Part shown: piece after piece, positions 10,570 through 20,519 of the stretch
Layout: each line of letters opens with the position of its first letter
Position numbering within the stretch: position 1 is the first letter of the stretch
Origin: an uncultured Muribaculaceae bacterium
Lineage (GTDB): Bacteria > Bacteroidota > Bacteroidia > Bacteroidales > Muribaculaceae
DNA length: 64,000 nt
Assembly (NCBI GenBank): GCA_910584665.1
Contig: CAJUBL010000005.1
Span: forward strand, 866 to 64,865
Direction: 5' to 3'
Program-made: the position numbers and the translations under genes
Notes under the pieces: model-generated
The model's input: only the letters and a program-made list of their open reading frames with translations
Databases searched by the model: none
What the model was told of the DNA's origin: nothing

Positions 10570-11476
10570 GATATTGACCCTGGCCGCCCTCATCGCCCTG
10601 TTCGGATCCCGATATCTCGTAGCTCAGGAACTGAACTGCACCGTCGAGTTCAATACCGATCAGATAAACGGCTCCAACAAGAGTGTATTCGAAACTCTCC
10701 GGACAGCCGTAACAGAGTATATGAACACAACCAGGTTCTCCAACGCACAGATATCGGCCAACGAACGCCTCGAGTGCCGGTTGTTCTTTACCATCAGGGA
10801 ATACAACGATAACGTCATGAGCGGAGACCTGCAGGTACAGCTCAACCGTCCTGTCTACAACTCCACCTACACCACCAGCCTCATCAACTTCAAGGACACC
10901 AAGATTGACTTCAGCTATCAGGAGGGTGAACCGCTGGTGTTCAGCGAGAACTCGATGGAGAGCCAGATCACGGCAATACTCAATTTCTACGCCTACCTGT
11001 TTCTGGCAGTCGATTTCGACTCTTTCAGCCGGCGGGGAGGACAGCCATTCTATGACCGCCTGGCCATGATCGTACAGATGGCCCAGTCATCGGGCGAAGC
11101 CGGCTGGAAAGCTTTCGAAGACAACAAGAACCGCAGTGCACTGCTCGCTGCTTTCACCGACCAGTCCACACAATGCATACGCGACATGCTTTACGAATAT
11201 CACCGCACCGGGCTTGACGAGATGTCGGTAAGCCCCGGCAAAGGACGTAACAACATTACATCGACGCTCGAAAACATAAATACCGTCTACAGAGCCAACC
11301 CCATGTCTGTGGCACTCTCTCTGTTCAAAGACTCGAAGATGGACGAACTGGTCAACATCTACTCCAAAGCCCCGCAGACCGAGCGCGACAAAGTATTTGA
11401 TTTGCTGTCTCCCATATACCCCACCGAGACACAAAAACTCGACGAGATAAAAAATCCGTCCCGTAACAATAAATAA
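10550..11476 (+). CDS. DUF4835-like secreted protein
   Basis: Signal peptide (LAALIALFGS...AQ). 308 aa. The coaBC-X-recN position matches my recollection of the DUF4835 family in Bacteroidota. Confidence 0.5.
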   Translation: MTRILTKILTLAALIALFGSRYLVAQELNCTVEFNTDQINGSNKSVFETLRTAVTEYMNTTRFSNAQISANERLECRLFFTIREYNDNVMSGDLQVQLNRPVYNSTYTTSLINFKDTKIDFSYQEGEPLVFSENSMESQITAILNFYAYLFLAVDFDSFSRRGGQPFYDRLAMIVQMAQSSGEAGWKAFEDNKNRSALLAAFTDQSTQCIRDMLYEYHRTGLDEMSVSPGKGRNNITSTLENINTVYRANPMSVALSLFKDSKMDELVNIYSKAPQTERDKVFDLLSPIYPTETQKLDEIKNPSRNNK

Positions 11477-11494
11477 CGACCTTATACATTCTGA

Positions 11495-13168
11495 ATGATC
11501 GAGACACTGCATATTTCAAACTACGCCCTTATAGACCGGCTCGATATCGACTTCAAGGCCGGATTCAATGTTATCACAGGTGAGACCGGCGCCGGCAAAT
11601 CAATAATCATGGGCGCATTATCCATGCTTCTTGGCGGCAGAGCCGACACCAGAGCCATGAGGGACAGCGGATCCAAATCGGTCGTCGAGGCAACATTCAG
11701 TGTCGATTCCTATCCATCCATCGAGACATACTGCCGGGAAAATGACATCGAGTGGGACACGACAGGCATATGCATACTGCGCCGTGAGATACTCCCGAGC
11801 GGCCGTTCTCGCGCCTTTGTCAACGACACACCTGTAAACCTCAGCTCACTTCAGACCATTGCAGCACAACTTGTAGATATACATTCACAGCACCAGAATC
11901 TGCAGCTGGCATCCCCTCCATACCAGTTACAGGTTGTCGACTCGATCATAGGAAAGACCGAGTCCAATACACGCTATCCCGAGCTATACAACGAGTACCG
12001 GCAGGCACTGCACCGATATAAAGCAGCCAAACGTGAACTGGTCAACAGCAAAGCCGACGAAGAATACACACGATACCAGCTGTCACAGCTTGACGCGATC
12101 AATCTCGTAGCCGGAGAGCAGGACGAGCTCGAGAAAGAGCGCGAACTCATGGCAAACCTTACCGAGGTAAAAGCCTCTCTGACAGCAATAACCAATGCTT
12201 TCTCCGACGGATCCCCGTCAATCCTTTCTTTGTTGAAAAACGTCGAGACCAGCACATCCGAGATTGTATCGCTCATTGACGACGCGCCACAGCTCATGGA
12301 GCGCATCGAAGCCATGCGTATCGAAGCCCGGGACCTGGCCGACACTTTCAGCGACATGGACCGCGATATCAATGCCGACCCGGCCCGCCTCGAAGAAATA
12401 GAGCAACGCCTCAACGACATCTACGAACTCGAGCGTAAACACCACGTCGACACTGTGGATGAACTCATTGCCATTCGTGACAGGCTGAGAACATCGCTCG
12501 AAAACGTAACAAACGGTGACGAACGGCTGCATCGGCTTGAAGAGCAGGCCAAGCGTGCCAAACGTGCCGCACTCGAGTGTGCCGGAATCATGTCCGACGA
12601 GCGGCAGGCCGCCGCCACCAGATTTGCCGAGATGCTGAAGGAACGAGCGGTCCCATTGGGAATGAAGAACCTCCGTTGTCAGGTATCGGTAACACGCGGT
12701 GAACTTACTCCCACAGGAATAGATACTATCGAATTCCTGTTCGCCTTCAACAAGAATCAGCCCCTGATGCCTGTCGGCGGTACAGCTTCAGGAGGAGAAA
12801 TATCACGCCTCATGCTGTCGCTGAAATCTATTGCGGCCGACAGGATGCAGTTGCCCTCAATAATATTCGACGAAGTAGATACCGGTGTCTCGGGCGATAT
12901 AGCCGCCCGTATGGGACGCATGATGAGACAGATATCATCCAGCATACAGGTAATTGCCATCACCCATCTGCCACAGGTTGCTGCCCTGGCTTCCTCCCAG
13001 TACAAAGTATATAAAGAGGACACCGAGCATGCAACCACCACACGCATCATACAGCTCTCGCCCGACCAGCGTGTCGAGCAGATAGCCGCTATGCTGAGCG
13101 GAGATCACGTCGACGAGGCCGCACGTGCCAATGCACGGTCCCTTTTAGGCATGACCGCCGACACCTGA
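11495..13168 (+). CDS. recN: DNA repair protein RecN
   Basis: 557 aa. GETGAGKSI Walker A, long coiled coil, C-terminal SGGE signature and FDEVD Walker B. Confidence 0.95.
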   Translation: MIETLHISNYALIDRLDIDFKAGFNVITGETGAGKSIIMGALSMLLGGRADTRAMRDSGSKSVVEATFSVDSYPSIETYCRENDIEWDTTGICILRREILPSGRSRAFVNDTPVNLSSLQTIAAQLVDIHSQHQNLQLASPPYQLQVVDSIIGKTESNTRYPELYNEYRQALHRYKAAKRELVNSKADEEYTRYQLSQLDAINLVAGEQDELEKERELMANLTEVKASLTAITNAFSDGSPSILSLLKNVETSTSEIVSLIDDAPQLMERIEAMRIEARDLADTFSDMDRDINADPARLEEIEQRLNDIYELERKHHVDTVDELIAIRDRLRTSLENVTNGDERLHRLEEQAKRAKRAALECAGIMSDERQAAATRFAEMLKERAVPLGMKNLRCQVSVTRGELTPTGIDTIEFLFAFNKNQPLMPVGGTASGGEISRLMLSLKSIAADRMQLPSIIFDEVDTGVSGDIAARMGRMMRQISSSIQVIAITHLPQVAALASSQYKVYKEDTEHATTTRIIQLSPDQRVEQIAAMLSGDHVDEAARANARSLLGMTADT

Positions 13169-13193
13169 AACTATTAAACCAACCCACTGAGAA

Positions 13194-13949
13194 ATGGAAC
13201 CATCTGATTACATATATGGCCTGCGGGCCATCATCGAGGCAATTGATGCCGACAGAGAGATTGACAAGATTTTTATCAGGAAAGACCTTCAGGGCGAACT
13301 GGCCTCCGAACTGACCGAACGTATACGCCAGCGACGCATTCCGGTCCAGCGTGTACCCGTAGAACGCATCAACCGTATCACACGCAAGAACCACCAGGGA
13401 GCCGTAGCCATGCTGGCGGCCGTGACCTATCACAGGCTGGAGCATCTCGTACCTCAGCTATATGAGGAAGGACTGTTGCCGTTCATCGTAGTTCTCGACG
13501 GCATCACCGACGTACGCAACTTCGGCGCGATCGCCCGCACGTGCGAATGTGCAGGCGTCGATGCCATAGTCATACCCGAACGCGGCAGTGTAAGCGTAGG
13601 CGGCGACGCTGTCAAGACATCGGCCGGAGCCCTGCACCACCTGCCGGTGTGCCGCGAACACTCTGTTCGGGGAGCAGTCAGATTTCTGCTTGAAAACGGA
13701 TACAAAGTTGTGGCAGCGAGCGAGAAAGCCGACATAAACTACACCCGTGCCGACTATACCGGCCCCGTAGCTATCGTTATGGGAGCCGAAGATACCGGTA
13801 TCGACCCCGAAGTCATTAAACTCTGTGACACCTTTGTATCCATACCGATGTTCGGCAATATCGGTTCGCTCAACGTTTCCGTAGCCGCCGGAGTAATGAT
13901 ATACGAAGTCGTACGCCAGCGCCTCGCCGCCGATCTCGAAGTCATCTGA
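13194..13949 (+). CDS. rlmB: 23S rRNA (guanosine-2'-O)-methyltransferase, SpoU/TrmH family (RlmB-like)
   Basis: 251 aa. N-terminal substrate-binding domain plus SpoU motifs (DGITDVRNFGAIARTC, IVMGAEDTG, SLNVSVAAG). Confidence 0.85.
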   Translation: MEPSDYIYGLRAIIEAIDADREIDKIFIRKDLQGELASELTERIRQRRIPVQRVPVERINRITRKNHQGAVAMLAAVTYHRLEHLVPQLYEEGLLPFIVVLDGITDVRNFGAIARTCECAGVDAIVIPERGSVSVGGDAVKTSAGALHHLPVCREHSVRGAVRFLLENGYKVVAASEKADINYTRADYTGPVAIVMGAEDTGIDPEVIKLCDTFVSIPMFGNIGSLNVSVAAGVMIYEVVRQRLAADLEVI

Positions 13950-14012
13950 CCCTTAATATAAACGTATAAACTTAACTCAATCACATTATAATAATACATT
14001 TTATTCCTGATT

Positions 14013-15206
14013 ATGACCAAGATAGGTACAGTCTTAAGCCCCATTGCCCGTCGAGCCATGCTGCTCGGAAGCGGCGAACTCGGAAAAGAAGTCGCGCTCG
14101 AACTGCAGCGATATGGTGTCGAGGTTATCGCATGTGACAAATATCCCGACGCGCCGGCCATGCAGGTAGCACACCGCTCACATGTATTCAACATGCTTGA
14201 TCCGGTAGAGCTCCGCCGCATCATCGAGCTGGAGAAACCCGACCATATCATCCCCGAGGTCGAAGCTATAGCCACTCCGGTTCTCGTTGAACTGGAGAAA
14301 GAAGGCTACAATGTCACCCCCACCGCCAATGCGGCCTGGCTCACAATGAACCGTGAGGGAATACGGCGGCTCGCCGCCGAAGAGCTCGGTGTCAGGACCT
14401 CACGTTACCGCTTTGCCAACACACGCGAGGAATTTGATGAGGCCATCAAAGAAATCGGTATACCCTGTGTGGTTAAACCAATCATGAGTTCATCGGGCCA
14501 CGGTCAGTCGACCATTAAAACTCCCGCCGATATTGATGCCGCATGGCATGAGGCCCAGGAGGGTGGCCGTGCCGGTGCCGGTCGGGTTATTGTTGAAGGA
14601 TTCGTCGATTTTGATTACGAGATCACTCTGCTCACCGTACGTTCCAAATCGGGAACGACCTACTGCCAGCCTGTAGGTCACATCCAGATCAACGGCGACT
14701 ACCGCTACTCATGGCAGCCTCAGCCTATGACCGACAAAGCACTGAAGAGCGCACAGGAGATAGCCAAGAAAGTGACCTATGCACTCGGCGGATATGGAAT
14801 ATTCGGCGTCGAACTCTTCATCAAGGGCGACGAAGTGATCTTCAGCGAGGTTTCTCCCCGTCCGCACGACACTGGCATGGTAACCATGATATCACAGGAT
14901 ATGAGCGAATTCGCCCTGCATGCCCGGGCAATCCTCGGTCTCCCGGTTCCCGAGATCCGCTTCTATGGTCCCTCAGCATCACGTGCCGTAGTAGTCGAAG
15001 GAGACACCAACCGCCTCGAACTGTCCAACCTCGACGAAGTTGTTGCCGAACCTGGCGTACAGATGCGCATCTTCGGCAAACCCGAGATAAAGGGACACCG
15101 CCGCATGGCTGTAATCCTTGCCACCGCCGACAGCGTTGACGAAGCCCGCGCCAAAGCAGACCGCGCCTACGCCAAACTGCAGGCCACTACCCTCCCCCGC
15201 GAATAA
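14013..15206 (+). CDS. purT: formate-dependent phosphoribosylglycinamide formyltransferase
   Basis: 397 aa. [12 protein letters not shown]-terminus, ATP-grasp core, length and sequence typical of PurT. Confidence 0.9.
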   Translation: MTKIGTVLSPIARRAMLLGSGELGKEVALELQRYGVEVIACDKYPDAPAMQVAHRSHVFNMLDPVELRRIIELEKPDHIIPEVEAIATPVLVELEKEGYNVTPTANAAWLTMNREGIRRLAAEELGVRTSRYRFANTREEFDEAIKEIGIPCVVKPIMSSSGHGQSTIKTPADIDAAWHEAQEGGRAGAGRVIVEGFVDFDYEITLLTVRSKSGTTYCQPVGHIQINGDYRYSWQPQPMTDKALKSAQEIAKKVTYALGGYGIFGVELFIKGDEVIFSEVSPRPHDTGMVTMISQDMSEFALHARAILGLPVPEIRFYGPSASRAVVVEGDTNRLELSNLDEVVAEPGVQMRIFGKPEIKGHRRMAVILATADSVDEARAKADRAYAKLQATTLPRE

Positions 15207-15252
15207 TCAGCCGCCGGCTACTCTCCGACGGGCAATCAGACACCAGCACCAC

Positions 15253-15288
15253 AAAAAATCCCGGACCACCCAAGGACCGGGATTTTTT
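15253..15288. terminator. bidirectional intrinsic terminator-like hairpin between convergent purT and MFS genes
   Basis: aaaaaatcccgg (15253-15264) pairs with ccgggatttttt (15277-15288). A/T runs flank both sides. Confidence 0.6.
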
Positions 15289-15294
15289 ATAGGA

Positions 15295-16620
15295 TCAGTT
15301 TTCAGCCTGACGGGCATTCCACACAAGCAGAGTGAGAAGTACCGACACGAGAGCCGAGCCGATCCAGAACCAGTTTATCAATGTAAAGTCATAAACATCC
15401 ACGCCGTCGATTTCCTGCTTATAACCCTCGATGAGCAAACCGTTCATCACATCCTGCAGACCGGCGCCGAGATAACTGGCGATACCTACCACTCCAAGGG
15501 CCGCACCGGCCGCCTTCCGAGGCGCGATATCGACTGCCATGAGACCGCCGAGAAAGCATATCAGCACACCTATCCCCAGACCGAAGAGTACCATCGATAT
15601 GACATCAACGATGAAATTCGGTCCCGGAACAAGCAGAAACAGACTCAAGGCGAGAACATTCATAAGACCGAATACCAGAGCCGGAACATTACGGCTGCCT
15701 TTGAAAAGCCGGTCAGAAATGACTCCGGAGAATACTGTACCGACAATACCGCATATCGAACTTATAGAGATAATGAAACCGGCGTCAAGCGTCGAATACC
15801 CTTTCTGAGCCTCAAGGTAAAATACGCCCCAGCTGTTCACAGCGTAACGGCTTATGTACATGAACGCACTGGCAACGGCAAGTATCCATATTGCCGGATT
15901 GCGCAGAACTGCTTTCTGAGCACTATTATAACTTATGTCCTCCTTGTCCGATTTCAATACAGGCTGTGATTCACCGACCTGAAAACCACAGCTTTGCGGG
16001 GTATCGCGCATGAATGCCAGTACCACAGCGACTCCTGCGAGGCCTATCAATCCGGCTCCTGTAAAACCATAGCGCCAGCCGAACCGGCTTACCAGCAGAG
16101 CGATAGTTATGAACGTCAGGGCTTCGCCCAGATTGTGGCTGGCACTCCAGAAACCATACCATGTTCCACGGTCTTTCGACGAAAACCAGCGGTTCAGCGA
16201 TACGACTCCGGCCGGAGCTCCCATTGACTGGAACAACCCGTTCAGGCCCCACAGTATGGCAAACACGACAAATGATGTCGTGAACCCGAGTATCAGATTC
16301 ACAAGAGCTGTCAGGAGCAGGCCCGTCGCCATAAAACGTCTCACATTACAACGGTCGGCAAGGAACCCGTTCATAAGTTTGCCGACTGCATAGACAAAAA
16401 ACAGGCACGAGCCTATGATACCAAGCTCTGTCTCAGAGAATGTCCCGCTTTCAACTATAGGCTTGCGTATGATATTCATACTCAGACGACACACGTAGTA
16501 TAAAGCGTAACCACATGTAGCCGAGAGAAAAGTGACCGACCTCACGCGCCTGAAAAGCGTATTGTCACTGTCGGCCATGGTCTTCGGTGACGAAACTTTA
16601 TAAAAATCAAATATATTCAT
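15295..16620 (-). CDS. MFS transporter, organophosphate:phosphate antiporter-like (GlpT/UhpC family)
   Basis: 441 aa with 12 predicted TM. GKLMNGFLADRCNVRRFMATGLL resembles GlpT/UhpC loop motifs. Confidence 0.75.
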   Translation of the reverse strand: MNIFDFYKVSSPKTMADSDNTLFRRVRSVTFLSATCGYALYYVCRLSMNIIRKPIVESGTFSETELGIIGSCLFFVYAVGKLMNGFLADRCNVRRFMATGLLLTALVNLILGFTTSFVVFAILWGLNGLFQSMGAPAGVVSLNRWFSSKDRGTWYGFWSASHNLGEALTFITIALLVSRFGWRYGFTGAGLIGLAGVAVVLAFMRDTPQSCGFQVGESQPVLKSDKEDISYNSAQKAVLRNPAIWILAVASAFMYISRYAVNSWGVFYLEAQKGYSTLDAGFIISISSICGIVGTVFSGVISDRLFKGSRNVPALVFGLMNVLALSLFLLVPGPNFIVDVISMVLFGLGIGVLICFLGGLMAVDIAPRKAAGAALGVVGIASYLGAGLQDVMNGLLIEGYKQEIDGVDVYDFTLINWFWIGSALVSVLLTLLVWNARQAEN

Positions 16621-16704
16621 GATTACTGACGGTTTTATAAAACACTCCCGGCACGACCGGCATCACATGCCGCCAGACCGGGAGTCCACAAACCCAAAAA
16701 ATCT

Positions 16705-18597
16705 TTAATCGTGGAGATTTCTGGACCTGAGGTAATCGAGCAGCATAGCCGGACGGTCAGTCTGGATGATACGGCAACCCAGGCTATCGATAAGGTACCC
16801 CCATCCGTTGCTGACATTCCGCAGTGACGCATCGTCGTCATGGCCTCCCGCCATAGTGTTCCACAGCGTATTATACCAGATAAGCGACTTACCTTCAAGT
16901 TTATCCCTTATCTCCAGCGGCAACGCGTTGGAATCTTTCCTGAAAAGCAGCTCGAATGCCACAGGCTTCATCAGATCCATAAACTGCCCTACCGACTTCA
17001 TCGCATCATTTTTATCAAGATTGACTATAGGCATGTAAATCACATCGTCAGGATAGTGTCCGAACGCTTTCCTGACATCCGACGGAGATCTGGAACCTTT
17101 CATGACAATCTGGTGTGTGGTGCCTGTTTTTTCAAGCAGTGCCACCACCTCGTCAAAGTATCGGTCGGCCTTGTCAAGATTGAGCATGACTTTTCCCTTC
17201 GCCACAATAAGAGCCTCCTCGAGCGTAGGTACACGCTGTGATGTACGTATGCCGCAACCGTTGCGTAGTCTGAGAGTCTTTATATAACTCAGTGTTGTGT
17301 CAGCAACAGCCCCCTTGCCGGTAGTAGTGCGGTCAAGCGTCTCATCATGCATCAGTATGAGATGTCCGTCCCTGGTACGCTGTATATCAAGTTCGACGAT
17401 ATCCACACCCATATCTATGGCACTCCTCAGGCCCTCAAGCGAGTTCTCGGGATAGTTACGCCAGTCGGCCCGGTGAGAGGCAACGAGCACAGTCGAGTCT
17501 TCCATATCAGTCAGCCGTTCCCTTATTGCGGCAGTACGGTCTTTCAGAAATGGTTTGATCACCGGTATCAGCCGGGCCGTAATCAGTTCAAAACCGGCAT
17601 CGGTAGGATGCGTCCCGTCAACGGTCAGTTCATGGGATGAGCCGAGCGGCATTGCCGGGTCAATAAAGTAGAGATTATGATCACCGGCGGCAATCAGACG
17701 TTCCATTCCACGTGATGCAGCCTCACGCTTAAGTCGCTCGAAATTGCGCTTTTTAAGGTCAAAATTGCCTGTCTCACGCACCTCGGTCTGCAGGAACAGC
17801 AATGGGGTGTATGGTCTGTGTTCACGTATAAGCCTTACAAACGGCTCAAGCCGCAGGTCAATCTGTTCGGGCGACGGATTGGAAAACGCATCGATCACAT
17901 ACACATCGGCTTCGGTGTCGGCAATAAAATCCGCATAACAGCTGTCGAGTTTACACGATCCGCTGAACCCCAGATTGATAACTTCGGCATCAAGGGCACG
18001 CTGTAACCGCGCCGGATAAGCAAGACCCGGTCTCGAAGCCGATGCGCCGTGAGTGATACTGGAGCCGATAACGGCAACACGTTTACTCCATATGTAAGTA
18101 CCAGGAACACATATAGCCGTATCGGCGACACCTATCTCAAGAGTCTCTATTCTGTTCCATAGGGGCAGATAGAGCAGACACTCCTTAGGTCCCGGAGGCA
18201 TATTGTCGACAAGAACAGCCCTGTGGCTCAGCGAATCAGACGGAAGACCTACTCCGGCATGCACCCATGCCGAGTCAGTCCTGATGTAAAGATCCAGACC
18301 GCTCTGCATGAGTGGTGTAGTATTCTTACCGTCAGTACTGCCGGCGGTTGTCCACCGGGCCTTGATATATGGCGAGTCTGTGATAAACGAAACGGCCAGC
18401 CCTGTCGACAGTTCGCTGTATTTACCGATGGCTGAAGGCAGATCGCCATACCGGCTGAGATCAAGACGGGCATACGATGAGTCTATATCATAGGGTCTGT
18501 TGATTATATCTAGTTCCTGACAGTCGACATACCGTGAGGCCGCATGACCACACAGTGCGCCCAACAGCAGGATACATGTGCTGAAAATCTTTTGCAT
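16705..18597 (-). CDS. secreted SGNH-hydrolase / glycerophosphodiester phosphodiesterase (GDPD) fusion protein
   Basis: Signal peptide. The middle region has SGNH blocks (VIGSSITHG, GFSG, DGTHPTD). The C-terminus has the GDPD signature (SHRADWRNYPENSLEGL...VELDIQRTRDGHLILMHDETLDRTT). Confidence 0.8.
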   Translation of the reverse strand: MQKIFSTCILLLGALCGHAASRYVDCQELDIINRPYDIDSSYARLDLSRYGDLPSAIGKYSELSTGLAVSFITDSPYIKARWTTAGSTDGKNTTPLMQSGLDLYIRTDSAWVHAGVGLPSDSLSHRAVLVDNMPPGPKECLLYLPLWNRIETLEIGVADTAICVPGTYIWSKRVAVIGSSITHGASASRPGLAYPARLQRALDAEVINLGFSGSCKLDSCYADFIADTEADVYVIDAFSNPSPEQIDLRLEPFVRLIREHRPYTPLLFLQTEVRETGNFDLKKRNFERLKREAASRGMERLIAAGDHNLYFIDPAMPLGSSHELTVDGTHPTDAGFELITARLIPVIKPFLKDRTAAIRERLTDMEDSTVLVASHRADWRNYPENSLEGLRSAIDMGVDIVELDIQRTRDGHLILMHDETLDRTTTGKGAVADTTLSYIKTLRLRNGCGIRTSQRVPTLEEALIVAKGKVMLNLDKADRYFDEVVALLEKTGTTHQIVMKGSRSPSDVRKAFGHYPDDVIYMPIVNLDKNDAMKSVGQFMDLMKPVAFELLFRKDSNALPLEIRDKLEGKSLIWYNTLWNTMAGGHDDDASLRNVSNGWGYLIDSLGCRIIQTDRPAMLLDYLRSRNLHD

Positions 18598-20499
18598 TTA
18601 TCTGATTACAATTTTTTTACCGTTGGATATATAGATGCCGGGAGTGAGGTAGTCTCGGTCAACCTCTATACCCATGAGATTATATACAGGAGCATTCCGG
18701 TCTATGCCCTCTTCAGTGATTTCATCTATTCCGGTCACCACATTGCTCAGGCTGAACCGGGAAATGTTCCCGGCAAGCGATGACGGCAGTACGAGACAGG
18801 CTTTATTCGGATCAACTGATACCGAAGCTCCGTCAACACGATCAAACCCATATAGGCCGTCGGTATACATTACAAACTGATACGCCACCTTTCCGTCTGA
18901 TATGTTAAGTGTTGTGCCATCCTCAGTTCCCACGAGAAAGTTTGTCTCAGTAAAAGTTCCGGCGGCGTCAGGATCAATCTCGGGATACAGCGTGCCGTCT
19001 GCATTCTCACAGGCAAGCAATACCGGTGTGCCGGCCGGAAGTAATGTTCCGGGCCTGAACTGATCAAAGTCTCTGACAAGGTCCTGACCTATCACCCCCT
19101 TAATGGCCGTACCCTTAACTCCTTCCGGTAATGATACAGGTGTACTGCTGTAATAGGTAAGATATCCGGCACTCTCTATAGGAGCTACTGTAACGACTCC
19201 CTCAGGCACCTCTGTCACATCTTTGTAGCAATAGGCTCTGGTATCAGCCGCAAGGATGGACACCGGTTCCTTATCATCATTGTTTCCGGGCCATTTTCCA
19301 CCATGTTGATTGAAAATCACTGTCCTGACACCGGCCGCATCGTCGGCATGACCGAATGCGTCATTCAGTACCCAGTCCACTCCCTCTGGCAGACTCACCG
19401 TTTCAAGCCCGGCACAGTTGTAGAATGCACGCGCTCCGATTTTATTCACCGATGCCGGTATATCGATCGACTCCAGAGGAGTACCGTTGAAGAGATCCCA
19501 GTTGAGTGTGGTCATTTTGCTTTCGGGGCTGAATGTTATATTTTTAAGGCCCGATTTCATGAATGTGGCCACAAGACCCTCCACCCCCGGGAGCGGAGTG
19601 AGATCAATACTTTCAAGAGAAGTACATTCCTGAAAACAATAGTTCATTGACGAGTTTAACCCGGGATTCGGTGCAAAAGTCACACTGGCCAGTGATGTGC
19701 ATTTTCTGAAAGCCGAGTTCCCTATCTTTGTGATGGTCGAGGGAATTGAGACTGTCGTCACAACAGCATAACCGTCAAAAGCCTGCTGTGGTATCTCGGT
19801 GGTACCCTCTGGAAAAACTATTTCTGTGACATTACATTTTGCAAGAAAATTCTTAGGCAGCAACGTCATTTCCCGGGGAAGTGTGACCTTCACAGCCTCT
19901 GACCTGAGATTCTGCAGACAGTTGGCATTGAATGCCGTAACATTTGTCAGCCCCGAAAGATCGAGTTCTTTAAGACTGGTCTTTTCAAATGTATACTGTT
20001 TCATGTCGGCAAGCGGGCAATCACCTCTGAAAACAACTTTTTCAAGAGATGAGCAGCCGTTGAAGTTGCTGTTTGCCCCGAACGAGGCCAGACGGGACGG
20101 CAGCACGATTTCCCTGATCGATGAACAGCCGTTGAATGTCCACCCCCCCATAGCCAGGGGCTGGTCGCCATCCTCAAAGGTCACGGTCTCGAGACTCGTA
20201 TTGTTCTGGAACACAGAGTTACCCATCCTTGTGACCGAGGCCGGTATAAACACACTTTTAAGTATCGATGCCGTCTTGAATACATTCTGGTTTATTGTCG
20301 TGACCGGTTTACCGTCTATAGCCGGCTCTATGACCGCATCGACTATACCATCCTCAAAACCGGTGACTGTATAGGCCGATTCATCGCTGTTGAGCGTGTA
20401 CTGGATTTTGTTTACTGTTGTCTGGGCATCGGCATAAAACGAACCGCAGACTGTCGCCATGCTTCCGAGGCATAGCGCCAATAATTGTTTTTTTATCAT
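18598..20499 (-). CDS. BspA-type leucine-rich-repeat surface protein with T9SS-like C-terminal tail
   Basis: Start moved to the ATG at 20499 (MIKKQLLALCLG... signal peptide). Repeated ...IPASVTxIGxxAFxxCxSLxxV... LRR_5-type units. The C-terminus ...APVYNLMGIEVDRDYLTPGIYISNGKKIVIR resembles a Por secretion tail. Confidence 0.75.
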   Translation of the reverse strand: MIKKQLLALCLGSMATVCGSFYADAQTTVNKIQYTLNSDESAYTVTGFEDGIVDAVIEPAIDGKPVTTINQNVFKTASILKSVFIPASVTRMGNSVFQNNTSLETVTFEDGDQPLAMGGWTFNGCSSIREIVLPSRLASFGANSNFNGCSSLEKVVFRGDCPLADMKQYTFEKTSLKELDLSGLTNVTAFNANCLQNLRSEAVKVTLPREMTLLPKNFLAKCNVTEIVFPEGTTEIPQQAFDGYAVVTTVSIPSTITKIGNSAFRKCTSLASVTFAPNPGLNSSMNYCFQECTSLESIDLTPLPGVEGLVATFMKSGLKNITFSPESKMTTLNWDLFNGTPLESIDIPASVNKIGARAFYNCAGLETVSLPEGVDWVLNDAFGHADDAAGVRTVIFNQHGGKWPGNNDDKEPVSILAADTRAYCYKDVTEVPEGVVTVAPIESAGYLTYYSSTPVSLPEGVKGTAIKGVIGQDLVRDFDQFRPGTLLPAGTPVLLACENADGTLYPEIDPDAAGTFTETNFLVGTEDGTTLNISDGKVAYQFVMYTDGLYGFDRVDGASVSVDPNKACLVLPSSLAGNISRFSLSNVVTGIDEITEEGIDRNAPVYNLMGIEVDRDYLTPGIYISNGKKIVIR

Positions 20500-20519
20500 G
20501 TTTTTCAGATTTAAAGATG

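Noticed and set aside
15118-15969. A 283-aa plus-strand ORF overlapping the purT 3' end and the MFS transporter gene.
   Set aside because: It has a Pro/Thr/Arg-rich, low-complexity translation. It also runs across the terminator hairpin and lies antisense to a well-supported 12-TM transporter.
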